A stretch of DNA of 64,000 bases from positions 8,864 through 72,863 of the forward strand of contig ADNK01001812.1 of NCBI GenBank assembly GCA_000320545.1, given 5' to 3'. Source of the DNA: Bigelowiella natans CCMP2755 (lineage: Eukaryota; Protista; Cercozoa). A model generated the notes under the pieces. The model made no database searches, was not told where the DNA came from, and saw nothing but the letters and a program-made list of their open reading frames with translations. The stretch's first letter is position 1; the number at the start of each line of letters is the position of its first letter. Both the position numbers and the translations under genes were made by a program. This document shows, one piece after another, positions 51,844-64,000 of the stretch.

Positions 51844-54800
51844 TACACACATACATAAATACAAACATACAGAGTGAGGAAGAGAGGAAGAGAGTAGGAG
51901 AGGAAGAGAGAAAGAGAGAGAGAAAGAGAGAGAAAGAGAGAAGGCGAAAGAGAAGTAGTTCATCATTCAAAGGCTCCGTACATAGCCGCTCGAAGTGCTC
52001 GTAACAGCCTTTCTTGGCCCTTAGGATTTCCCTGGCCTTCTCGGTGAGGTAGCAAATGGGAGGAGGCTCAAAGGAGGACGACGAAGGAGAGGAGGGTGAA
52101 TGCTGCAGTTTCGCATCAGCGTCCTCGCTAACGTTGCTTCTATGGAGATCATTGCCTCCTCCATTCACCTAAAGGCGTGGTCGCGAGGAAAGAGGGGGGG
52201 TAGCAAATGCCATGAGAGCATGAGATGACGGTCAGTTTCGTAAACGACGATGTCAGAAGCAGAGTTATATAAAGGTACGTTCATCTTACGGAATATCCTC
52301 CTTCTTCCTTTCAGTACTTTACACTCCTACATCCCTCCCCCCTCCCCCCCCCCTCCCCCCTCCTCTCTCCTCTGGATAGATGACTATACGATGAAGGAAT
52401 GGCCCCCCGCATAATATTGTTACCCGTGTTGGAGCGATTGTCCGCCTCGCTTTTCTCCGCAACGTGCTCTTGCTGCATTGTGATCCGGAGCTTTGCTGCC
52501 GCCTCCTTTTATCGTCAGTATCCCCTATTGACGATAGCGCCCGATTTAAGCCTCTTTCGAATAGATTGCCGATGTCATCAGCACCATCGTCAAGGCCTCC
52601 TTCGTCGCCATCTTTCCTTCCTCCGCTTTGATCTTGGGCACTTGTGCGATCCGCGCTCATCGCATCTCCGTGCTTTTCTTCTTCTTCTTCTTCTTCATCT
52701 TCTTCTTCTTCTTCTCGAGTCTCATTCTCCTCCTCCTTCCCCTCGCCGCTGCTTCGCTTGGAACTGATGATGAGGCGTGGCTTTATTCGTCTGGGGTTCG
52801 TCATCTTGCAGCCAGCGCCGCGAGCTTTTAAGAGGACTTGCGAGACTACTGCTGCTGCTCCGCGTTTCCGGGAGGACGAGGAAGAGGAGGAGGAGGAGGA
52901 AGATACTGCTGCTGCTGTTTCTGTTTGATCTCCTCCCTGCTGCTCACGAACGATTTTGTCTCGTGTATGATGACTTTGCGCTGCTGCTGCTGCTGCTGTT
53001 GGTGTATCATCAGTAGCTGCCGCAGACACAACGGTAGGAGCAGCAGGGGCGGAGGAAGAAGCAGGTTGGCTTCCTAGGACTGGGTAGTTTTCACTTGGGC
53101 TGATTGAAGGAATGGGGGGGGGGGGGGGGGGAGGGGGTCAGTGGCAATGCAGAGGAGACCGCTAGAAAATGTGTCGTTACGACAATTTTCGAACAATGTG
53201 CTCCTGATTAAATCTCAGCCTTTCGCAGCGCACTGCACTTATGGCGATAGGTTATTACGGGAGATTTGATTATATCTCCCTCGAAGTCTTAATGGCATCA
53301 TTATCATCATCATCACATCCTCGTCATCGTATGAATCTCCCTCTTTTCTCTCCTCCTTCTCCTCTTCCTACTCCTCCTCCTCATCATCATCATCTTCTTC
53401 TGCTTCTTCTTCCTGTTAGATCTCACTCACAGTGGCCGCAAAGCACGAACGCTATCGACAAGCCACATCGAATTCACCCTCTTCACCCCCCACTCTGGAG
53501 CTCTCTTGTACTTGCTGCCCTTCGGCTAGGAAGGGGTGGGGAGGGAAGGGGGGGGGGGGGGGGGGGGGGGAGTGATAAATGGGTTAGTGAACTGGCGAGA
53601 AGTGTTTTGCTCATAGCACTTTTGCTGCTGCTTGACACACAACGAATTACCTGCCTGCACACAAGATGCGTGTGGGACTTCCGAAGCTCCTCCGTACAGC
53701 GAATATTGCCGACGCGCGCCATGCGCCTTAACTCCTCACGCTCATCCTTGACAAACCCCGTCAGCGAGATGCGTATCTTCGCGAAACCTGACGACGACGA
53801 GGACGCGCTTATCGAGGAGGAGCCCGCCTCGGCGATAGAGCCGCTGCTGCTGTCCTTGCTGTTGCCGCCAGCGGCCCTTTTGCGTGAATCCAGCACCGAT
53901 GGTCCTGTCGCGCCTGCGTTTGGGCCCGGCCTTGCGGCGTAGCGCTTCCAGTCTTCCTGCGGCTTGATAAGACGGCTCTGCGTCGCACATGCCACGACCC
54001 ACTCGGGTGTCACTGCACACGGTACCATGGTCCTCCCCTCCCCTCGTTCGCGCTCGTCTCCCTCCCTGCATACGCGGTGAAAGCTGCCTGACCAGACCTC
54101 GCAGATCACGTAATCAGCAGGGGAGAGAGGGTTGGAAGAGGAGGAGGAGGAGGAAGAGGAGGCAGCATCCGTTTTCGTAAGCTCGACTAATTGGCCTCCG
54201 CAGCACTTGACTTGGTTCGTGAGGGCGAGGTGCTGCTGGAGGGTGAGAGATGATATCGAGCCCAAGGCAAACCGCAGGCCATTGAATATGCTGCTGCTAG
54301 AAGAAGAGGAAGAGGGGGAGGAGGGGGAGGGAGGGAACGAGAGCGCGGAAGACCCCCTCGCGGAAGACTTCTCTTTCAGCCGTCGTGATTGCTTCTCCAA
54401 CGAGTTCCGGCTGGAGCCTCCCTCTCCTACTACCCCAAAGCTGCTATTTGCCCTTTTCAACGATGTACCGTTCAGCGAGATCGATCGATTCAGTCGCGGT
54501 CGCTGCCGTAGTTTCTCATCGAGGAGGAGCGAAGACGCCGCCTTGCCACCTCCTCCAGCTGCTGTCATATTGCAAGATAACGTCGTGGACTGCTTGCCCA
54601 TAGCGACTGGAATCGTCCTTGGCTCAGCCATAAGGCTTGTGGATCTTTGAAGCCTCTTCGCCTTCAATCGTTGCGAGAGGGTGCCTGCGGTGCTGCATCC
54701 TCCGGCGCCTGGATGTGATGACAATCGCGTCCCTCTCCTCAATGGGCGAGTATCACCAGCGTCTCCTCCCGCTGCGCCATCGTCCTTCTTCTTCAGGCTC

Positions 54801-56673
54801 TTGAGGAAGTTTGAGAAGTCCGTGTCCGCCATGGGAGGGGCCTCTTTCGCCGCCCCTGCCCCCGCCCCCCATGCTGGCATGGAGGATGCAGGGGTGGGAA
54901 GGCCAGAAGATAGGTCATCGCCTTGCCTCGTCTGAGAGCCCGGAATTTGACTCACCTCGCGCATGATGACATCCCTGCCGTCACTGCCTCCTCCCCCTCC
55001 TCCATCTCCTCCCCCCGCCTTCTCCGTTACAGAGCCAGTATTGAAGGAGTGAGTGGAAAGCGACGAGGGGCCCACCAACTCCGAAGCTGAAGAGGCTGTT
55101 GTCTTCCGGCGGCGGAGGCGACTCAAAATCCGGTTCCGGATAAAGAAATCCTCTGTTGAAGCCTGTGGATGGCGGTTGTTATGCAGGGAGGGGAGGGAGG
55201 AGGGGGGGAGGGGGGGGGGGAGAGGAATCAGAACACGAACACAACAAGTGGGATGTACAACGGGGAGAAAGGAAATGCGGAGGGCCGGGAGCGACGGATG
55301 AACGGGTAATATCTAAAGGATATAGGAAGGGAGAAGGTTCTCTCTATGCAGAGTAGTATCACACCAGTCCTCGATCCCGGTAACAAGCCTCCAACCATGC
55401 GGGGGAGAGAGGAGCTTCTGCCATATTGCCAACAAAGTTTACGGAATACCCAGCCGCCATAGCTGCCTGCTGCACTGCCCGGAGAGATGAAGCGACGATG
55501 TGGGTGGTGAATTTCGACACTTGGTTCGTCAAGTAGGTGCCACCCCCTGCGTTAATGATTTTCTTGCACCGCTCTGCTTGAGGGGGGGAGAGGCCGACAA
55601 GGGACACGAAGAGGGCCTCCAGGAACGTGTCGTCCTTGTCATTATAGGTAATTGTTTCCCCGCCGGACATTTGGAAGGAGCAGCTTGGCTTGCTACATGA
55701 GACCTCTTCCTCCTCCTCCTCCTCCTCCTCGTAGCAAGCCGATTTTACAGCTCGGGCATTATTCATCTCCCCTCTCCTGCCACCCCCCTTTTCCTCTGCC
55801 TCTTCTTCCTCTTCTTCCTCTCCCTCCCTCCCCAGGAGTTCGATTTGGTCCTTCACTACCAAAAACCTTTGGTACACACGGGCCGCCCCTTTTTGGTTGA
55901 TCTTGGCCTGCAGCCACTCCTCGCGTACCACAGGGATGCCCTCGGCCACAGCGTACCTTCAAACAGCAATATCGTCACCAAGACGTGGGGGGAGGGGGGG
56001 GGGTTCGACAGAATCGCACGAATAAAAGGAAGATGAATCTTAACTACGATCGTTTTTCGGCCCCAGCGCTCTCACCTGAGCTTCTCGCTGTTTGGATTTG
56101 GGGGCATTGCGGTGATAAGAATCGTGGTTGTTTTCGTCAAAGCCGACATGTAGTCGCCCCCGTGGTCGCGCACTCGCTGCTGGATATGACCGCGGTCTTC
56201 TGCGCTGACGCCGGTGACGCAGATACCCATACCTTTCAACACCTTCACTTTGTGCTCCTCCTCGGATGCCATCTCTCCGCAGCGGAAGCTCTCGAATACC
56301 CAAGACGCCATCACAATCTCGCACGTCCCCCACTTCAGAGCAACCTGTAACACGGGTCAGAAAGCCAAAAAATGAACTCCATCTTGGCTGATTGGCCGTA
56401 GTCCCTATCAATTCTTAAATACTGATAAAACGGAAGAGGGGGGGGGGGTGCCATACATCGTATTTTTTGGTCGTCGTAGAGTGAGCAACGAGGTGCGTGA
56501 CGTCTTTGCTTAAGGTCTGCGCATAGGAACCACCCATGCTACACACTAAGAGTTTGATCGCAGCCTTCAATTCATTCTCGAGACCCTAAAGGGAATAGAA
56601 AGTTAGAAAGAGCTTTGGTTGACATCAATAAGGCTGGAAGCTCTCAGATTCTTAGTGTATTGTACACACACAC

Positions 56674-56720
<47 letters not shown>

Positions 56721-57377
56721 CACATATAAATATTTATAATATATTATGTGTTAATAAATTTTGTCCATGGTCTCAAGTTTATGTATTCATGTTTGAATTT
56801 ATCGGTACCGAGCAACATATCTTCTTGCCGTGGAAAAAACGAGAGAAACATTTAATACGCGCAGCCAATAGATCCCCCGTTGAGCTTAGAAGGGCACTCT
56901 CAGATATCAGCTGACGGCCTTTCCGGGGAATCAATTTTGATAGCTCAGGGTCCGACGTTTCGTCATCCAGATCCTTAATTGTTCAAGAGATATACAGCCG
57001 GAAAACAACACGACTTGAATCAACTTCTGCATCGAAATAGCACATACGTAAGAAACTCTGTTCTAATTTACCTCGCTGAGGCTAAAAACGTGAACATAAG
57101 CTTTGCTTTTATCTGGAATTTCTTTCAACAACACTAAGCCCTCCTGCCGGCCGCACAACAGCACCCAAACGATATTTATCATTAGAAGTGACGTTCAATG
57201 CCCCGTTGAAAATGAACACTTTTGAATCTCATGTACGCATATACATCCTGCTTTACTCGCACGGCACTACATCTAAATCAGTTAAAACATTACTGTTGAT
57301 ACCTCATTGATCCGTTGCTGTAAGAGCCGAGGATGGGGGCAGCTCGGGTCTATGAAGACCTGGTGGGGGCCGCCCAT
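47129..57377 (-). CDS. TOPBP1: Multi-BRCT DNA replication/checkpoint scaffold, TOPBP1/Rad4/Dpb11-like
   Basis: Seen: about 7 BRCT-like units, e.g. GLENELK...MGGSYAQTLSKDVTHLVA...KKYD|VALKWG...SWVFES; GICVTGVSAEDR...GGDY; IINAGGGTYL...THIV...PAWLEAC; IFNGLRFAL...VTPEWVVAC; ISLTGFVKDERE...THLVC; WTHFVAKKLGRS; APFEGWMVYL. TGA at 47129-47131; start codon uncertain. Confidence 0.8.
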
Positions 57378-57699
57378 TCTTTCACCACCTGGTTTCTTTA
57401 AAACAGCCTTAATTTTATCAATAAATGGAGCTAAAATCGATTATTCTTTCCCAAATCCCCTGCGTGGCCAAACTGCTTCCCGCGCAAACCTGTCATAAAT
57501 CCGTGCGGTGTACATCGGTGAGAGTTAATCGGGAAAACATCCTAGGAGGTAAGCTACTGCTTTTACGAAACGAGACCCAGCTAAGCTTCAAAACCACTAG
57601 AATATTCGTATTATTAGATTAAATTTTAGATGTCTTCCGCTTCAAAATATGCCATAAATGTGTTCGAATCGCAAACGTGGAATGCACTCGTATGCCTCC

Positions 57700-60328
57700 C
57701 AGCCTTCACGCGAGAACGTGCCTCTTCCCCTCCACAGTTTCTTTCCATTGCGCAATACCGACGTTTGTTTTTGTAGGATAGTGATGGCTCTCACCGTTTG
57801 TTCGTGCTTGGTTTCAACGGGATTGAAGAGGCAGCCAAGACAGCCACTTAGAGCTTTCCTAGCGACCGCTTTCAGGTCTGAAGATGCGATGATATAAATC
57901 GAGAATCACGAATCACTAAGAGTATAAATTTAGCCACAATTTCGAAAATTCGCTTATGCCCGTCTATTAAATCCAACTTTCATAGTGCGCCTCGCCATTT
58001 TGGCTCCCGAGTTTTATATCATTTCGCAGAGCGCAGCCCACTTTGCATCAGATTATAGCACCTGGTGCTGTTCCCCTTTGCATTGATTTCCTCATTCCAT
58101 AGGAGCCCAAGTCGCTCCAATTTGAATAAAGGAATATTCGGTGGGAGGCTCGCCCCTTCTCCGTTCAGGATAACAGGGTTAAAACAGAGCAAGAAGAGAC
58201 GACCCTCTTCCGGTTGTCGCCAGGCGCTTGATGACGAAACCAAATGGATGTGCGAGAAGGTCGCTGTTACCAATGCGCGAGGCGTCGCGCGCTTGAAATA
58301 ATACCACAAGCCTCTTAAGACAAGCTGTTTGCAGGAAACGAACCCGAGCGCTGAGCGGAACAAGATGATAATCAGCAAGACAATCACCACTCTCCTTACC
58401 TCTGGCTTCGACGCAGCCCCTCCAGAGCAGCGAAGTCCTGCAAAGTCGCTCAGTATCCTAGAAATCGCAAGGTATCAGAGAAGAACCTGCCGTGATGTAC
58501 GCAAAGTCGGGCTGGAGAAACTTAAAGAGTCTTGAGAAATATGTGCAATATGCAAATCAGCGGCACTGGACAGCACGCAGAGGCCATATCCAGCTCTTTG
58601 CTACGTGTTTTAGAGCCTCTGAATGTCTCTGTATCTTGGCAACCGTCAGATCTGAACGAGCAGGTAGTAGTAGACGCCCACGGTTTTTCCTTCATAAACC
58701 CAGGCCTCCTTTTCCTACCGTCGTTTACGTTCACATTTCAACCGCTCAGAGATTCCCATCGATACTAGCCTGGGCGCTGTCGTCTAGATTGAGTCAGAAC
58801 GGAGTGATTCGAAACCCAATAAAGATTGATGCGAGCAGGTTTGCCACCAGATTGCGTCGTCCTCGTCGGCATTTTGACTATAACAGCAGCGTAACGTCAG
58901 GACATCGTGGGAAGAGGAGCTGCTGGAAAACCCGGTCGATAAACGCCTTTCCGTTCAATATATTTTTGTGTTTGTGTTTGTGCTTGTTTTCCCTGTGCGC
59001 AATCCTCGAGAGGTCAGCCCGCCCTTGACTAACTACAAAGGTGTTTTGACCCGTAGGAGATCGAAAAGTCGAAGAGATATGACGTTGTATACTGCTCCAA
59101 CTGCATTCACATAGCCCCGTGGGATGTGGCGCGGGTAGCAGCAGAGCATGTTCGCGTTGGCATAAGTAGCTGCTATTCCCCACTTGCAGCTCCACATCGA
59201 AATCTTTTCACCTCGCATTCTCATCGTTGTTATCATCGCTTCCACCAACAACAACTTGCATTCTTGGATTCTTACTCATTTCTCCCCCCGTCTTGTCATT
59301 CGAACCTAACCTGCCTGCCCTTCCCCTCTGACAGGGCATTCTAAGAGGATCTGGACGGCTTCTTAGGGAAAACGGTATCTTTTCCATGAAATGTGTAATT
59401 ATATTTAAATTAAATTGAGCTAGTAGTGTCGAATGAGAAGCAAGTGGAAAACATCTACTTGGGTCAAATTCGTTGGCGCTCTCGGTCCTTCCGGACAGAC
59501 TTTCTTCGATAACAGTCCTTACTACCACCAGCCAATAGCCTCGTCTATTCCCTGCTGCCGCTGTTACGCACCATAAGACTATGTGCCTGGATATTTACTT
59601 CCGTATTTTATCGAAGATATGTGCCTGAAAACCCTCTTTCAGTATTGACCAGCATCATTAGCGAGTCCTGTTATTAGCATCGGCAGCGTCGTCACTGTCA
59701 TCGTAATAGACCCTTTTATTGCACTAAGGAGTCGTGATTTTCTACGGCCCCTTTGCCGTGAATGGAACGTTATCGCCTGACTCGAATATCAGCTTCCATA
59801 GGTAGAAGAACGCAAGCGCCAGTTGGTGCTGCTCCCCTAATAGTTTTCAAACGAGCAAGCAGCTTTAGATTGAGGGTTTTTCCTTTTCTCTTTCGGCTGA
59901 TTCCCCGACGACTTTCTGAGAAGCAGAATAGCCCCGCCGCCCACTCGATCGAAAACTCTCCATACGTGGTTTTGGATTTAATGCAACGTCGCGACTGACG
60001 GCAATTTTATGTGTTCCGTTCATTTTAGGTACCTAAAGACCGAGAATTCGGACTGGGGAATCAGGTAGTCTGCGGTGCGGCGCTATTACACGTATGGAGA
60101 ACCCGAATGTGTGTATGTGTGTGTGTGTGCGAGCGAGCGTGCTTTAACCGCAGCCGCGCTTCTGCTTCATGCTCTTTGCGCAGAGATATTCGCGACGTTG
60201 AGACTGAAGCACGACACAACGGCCTGCTCCTCAAGGAGGTGATGGATATTTTCGCCTAACATTATCGTACAGGAGAGATCTAAAATTCGGCCATCCTCTC
60301 CCCCCCCTCTTTCTCTGTCTCTCTCTAT

Positions 60329-60381
<53 letters not shown>

Positions 60382-60700
60382 GGCCTTTCGGATTAGATGC
60401 TTCCAATGCCGGCGAACAATTTCCTTGTGGTATTTCAGAAGCAGGGGCCATAGCGCCTAGAGACATGCCCCACAGCGCATGAGAGAATGATAAATTAACG
60501 CACACAGAGCACGAGAAAAATCGAAACTCACAAGCACAAGAAATCAAATATATATATTATAGAGAGAGGAAGAGTAAGCGGGGGGGGGAGGGAGAATAAT
60601 AAATCTTAGTTATTCGTTACGTTGTGCAACGTCAAAGAATCTAAATGAAAGAATTGTCGTAGTCATACAGTAATCTGCTGCTGCTACAAGGCTTTATAAA
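57700..60700 (-). CDS. Hypothetical intron-containing protein (basic, low complexity); ends uncertain
   Basis: Seen: phase-consistent minus-strand exons ALWPLLLKYHKEIVRRHWKHLIRK|AKISITSL...EAEARLR|VPKMNG...NPKP|QSRRGISRKRKGK. No recognisable domain. Confidence 0.35.
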
Positions 60701-60729
60701 CTTCATCGTGGTAACGGAACAAGCACCTG

Positions 60730-61148
60730 GACCTAGCTGTGAGCGCAATGATTATGCGCACCAAAATATGCGCTACGAACTTATTTATCTAATATCCAGT
60801 TCCTTCCCTGCGTTAGCATATGCATACGCAATGCTAGAATACGGCACAATATGATCAACGTAGCCGCTCGAGCTAGCGAGGGCGCGCCAGCGCGCGCGGC
60901 AGCCGGATCTAGGGATAAGCAGTCTGGCGCAAGCCATCGCTAGCATCGCCTCGTTTATGCTTACATAAACAGTGACACGTGCTGAGCTAATCGTTAGCGC
61001 GTAGAGCTATTGAGATAACGCAGACCATGACCCCATAAGTGGGCGCGGGCTAGCAGCAGGGGCCAGTGTTGTAGTACCTAGATTGATTACCTCGCTTACA
61101 CATGCGTATGAATATGAATGTAAAGGCTAGTTACTATCGCTAAGCGTC

Positions 61149-61191
<43 letters not shown>

Positions 61192-61810
61192 CAAAAGAGA
61201 AGAAGAGAAAAACACATGATCTATATAGCTATGAATATATATGGAGCACGTACCATGCTAGCATGCTAGCATGCACATTGCTAAGATCTAGAGATAGACG
61301 TGATTCTCTAGATTCTACAAGATGCATTATAGCATTGTGCCCTTTTAGCCTTGCTAGCTTGTGAGTCCAAAGAGCGGCATGCTAGAGTAATGTAAAAATC
61401 TAGACATCATCAATGGTATCGAGGTCGGCCCATGCAGCTAGTCAGATGCCACACTAGCACGTCTAGACGTGCGCTCGCATAATAGACTCGCAAACAACGA
61501 AACACATTTAGACATATGTGCCGGTCCTTCTTTACCATTAAGATTCACAACTTTAACATGCATACACGCAGCATTGCAAATTGTGCGCGTGCTAGTGCCG
61601 TGTGGACGACCAAGGTGACATGGCTTCGCTTCTTACAGTGCATGTGAAAAAGCTAAAAAAAAATCAACAATAAATATGGTAACGCCAGGTACAAACTGAA
61701 CACGTTATACGTCGATCCAATTCCCCGATATGATTATCTCACATACTTAACTTCTAAACATATATATATTACAAGGTTTCCTTCCGTTCCCAAATCTCCA
61801 TCTGCTAGCT
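60730..61810. other. CTAG/GCATGC-enriched spacer downstream of the MFS gene
   Basis: Seen: about 20 CTAG in 1.1 kb by manual count, e.g. catgctagcatgctagcatgc; no ORFs. Confidence 0.7.
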
Positions 61811-62581
61811 TCAGTTCGCGGGTTTCAAGGTCCCGCTACCGAGCTCCACGTCGCTACTCGACCCAGACTGCCTCGGCTTCATGGGAACATCGAGTAGAGA
61901 GCCATAGCTCTTCGCACCTGATTTGCCCCTTTTCCCGCCTAAGCCTCCTTTCAACGGAGAAGGCGACTCTTTGAACTCCCGATAGGTTCTGCTCGGCAAG
62001 TACTTACGAAGGTACTTCTCTTTCCATGACTCAACTCGCGAGCTCCTTGTAAATCGGTAGGCAGTTGTAGTAGTAGTAGTAGTGATAATGATAGGAGGAA
62101 GGGGGGGAGGAGGTGGAGGAGGAGGGGAACGTCAGAAATGCGGAAAAACCGATTGCAGAATCAAGGCACACCGCAAAAATTGGTCGAGAGTAAAACTAAA
62201 ACAACTTCATGCACGCGCTGCGACTCGCATAGCCAGGGCCACCACCTCGTGAGGTCTCTCTCCCCTTCAGCGTCAGCAAAGTCTCTTTCTAGCTTCCCCT
62301 GCGGTGATAAAAAAAAAACCGGCATGGTGATAATTTCCAAACAAACGAAAAATGGGCGCTCGAAGAGCGTGGTGGCATCTGTTGAAACTCAAGCGATAAA
62401 GGTGCTGATGGACGCAATCTCTGCCCTGCGACAAGACGGACCTGGAACGGGACGAAGACACCGACCGTGACCAGGACGCATAGCATTATCCCCATCATCG
62501 AGTACTGCGAGATAGTTCAGAGTTGAGGATTATTCGTGGATTGATTCACGCATACCAAAAGCAATATAATGTAATTATATA

Positions 62582-62621
<40 letters not shown>

Positions 62622-63140
62622 TACGATACGATGGCACGGACAACTCTTCCAGATATGCTATGCAGATTTATGTCTACCTCAGGATTGTGAATCGCATCGA
62701 TTACCAAGAACATCAACACCGAAATGCAGTTTCCGGCCACTTGCTGCACCGTCGCCTTGAATGATATGTCGCAGCAAAGAACGGATTCAATTCTAGCATG
62801 TCATTCCGTATTATTATGATTACTAATGCCTACTATTACTACTACTACACACAGGCTGCTATTCAATACGATATATCGCTCATCAGAAATACGCCGATAT
62901 TACCATTAATTCCTCAGGGGCAGGATACGTTATTTGCGCAGCAAGCTCCATCACCACTGGCTGAACCGGCCCGACGAAAATCCCTGCAGTATGATTTTTT
63001 GGGGTGAGTAAGGGGGGGAGGGGGGGGGGGGGGGTGAGAGGCTAAAGCGCAAGAAACAATGTGGGGTGATGATATCGTGTTTCTCGCAGCCAAAGCCACA
63101 AGCTTCATGTTCCAACGAATCAATAGATTATACTTCGATA

Positions 63141-63181
<41 letters not shown>

Positions 63182-63749
63182 CCAGTCATTGCGATTGCAA
63201 GAGTCACAGAAAGGTACGAATCTGCGTAGCTTATCCATGTCAGGGACAGCACCAGCCCGATTAAGCACAGCAATATGGCCAACTGAGGATTATGCAAAGA
63301 AAACGCAGCGAGTGAAGCTGATGGGTGTAGCCGGTGGATCGGGTCAGCGACTGGAGAGAGAACTTAATGGCAAAGGTATGCACGTCTCTTTCGTGCCGCA
63401 TGCTACTAGGTCAGGCGCTGCTATGCCTACTAGGTGAGGGTGTGAAGGCGATAACTATCACTCTCCATGTTGGCCACCTTGTACTGTCTTGTCATATCGA
63501 CGAGGTACCCCAGAGGCCCGGATGCGATCTGGAATCGTACCATATTCGCACACACACACATATGTATATAATTTACATTATATGTGTGTAAAAATATTAT
63601 AATATGCGTGTGTCGTATGTTATACACCCCGAGAGAGAAAACCAATCGCGCTGCTCACGCAACACCAAGGGGTTTGTTTGCTCTATACAGGCATCGATGC
63701 ATCACATTTCCCTGCCTATCGATCTATCATTGCAGCCACTGTGTGATGA

Positions 63750-63795
<46 letters not shown>

Positions 63796-64000
63796 TTTAC
63801 ACATGATGCTATCTGCTGCAGACCATGCATGTAGTGATAAACAATATCCCCATGTAGCTGATGAACTGCTTCGAGAAACCTCTCGGAACCTGGACACGCC
63901 GATTTGGCAAGGCGCAAGGGGGAAGGGGGGGGGGGGGGGGGGATATTATAAGGAGGATATGGAGAAGAGGAGAGGGGGGGGGAGGAAGGGGGGGGAAATT
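61811..64000 (-). CDS. MFS transporter, FLVCR/SLC49-like, 3' part (5' end beyond window)
   Basis: Seen: hydrophobic exons GFSKQFISYMGILFITTCM|IASGPLGYLVDMTRQYK, LAILLCLIGLVLSLTWI, FVGPVQPVVMELAAQITYP, VAGNCISVLMFLVI, MMGIMLCVLVTVGVFVPFQ. Knowledge: the G..LD.T..YK loop and E....TYP motif are typical of the FLVCR family. Confidence 0.7.

Larger units (their letters stand above)
349..63792. repeat. Dispersed intronic microsatellites: dozens of (TA)n, (GA/TC)n, (CA/TG)n and poly-G/C runs, mostly ~25-45 bp
   Basis: Seen at, e.g., 359-388, 2757-2792, 5092-5124, 9086-9120, 20458-20491, 40031-40070, 48183-48223, 63758-63791; overwhelmingly inside introns. Confidence 0.95.

Noticed and set aside
305-63834. 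Numerous ORFs containing IYIYIY, ERERER, LSLSLS, CVCVCV or THTHTH
   Set aside because: These are translations of intronic microsatellites or antisense shadows of real exons, not proteins.
1-64000. tRNA, rRNA, telomeric repeats or an intact transposase/RT gene
   Set aside because: None recognisable by eye; tRNAscan/Infernal were not run.

Overview
Eukaryotic, intron-rich nuclear DNA, probably from a protist (lineage not determinable here). It uses the standard code and GT-AG introns packed with (TA)n, (GA)n and (CA)n microsatellites. Genes, left to right: the 3' end of pescadillo/NOP7 (+); a ~27.6-kb giant gene (-) with 3 RanBP2-type zinc fingers, a putative H-N-Q-C cysteine protease, a DUF3638/DUF3645 P-loop NTPase, a jacalin-like lectin insert and EF-hands; a head-to-head inverted pair of RING-less RAD5/16-like SNF2 ATPases, the left copy probably decaying; a multi-BRCT TOPBP1-like gene (-); a hypothetical gene (-); and the 3' part of an FLVCR/SLC49-like MFS transporter (-). 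The strongest signal is non-coding. A ~2.4-kb tract (30424-32819) around a direct-repeat-flanked element has lost almost every TpA dinucleotide: by manual count 7 remain, 6 of them in CTAG. Repeat-vs-repeat and paralog-vs-paralog comparisons are explained by TA changing to TG, CA or CG, including inside the neighbouring gene's last exon. Three other spacers downstream of gene 3' ends are strongly CTAG/CATG-enriched, while introns keep intact (TA)n. This suggests a region-targeted A:T->G:C hypermutation system, a mirror image of fungal RIP. No candidate enzyme is visible in the window. All counts and splice models are manual.
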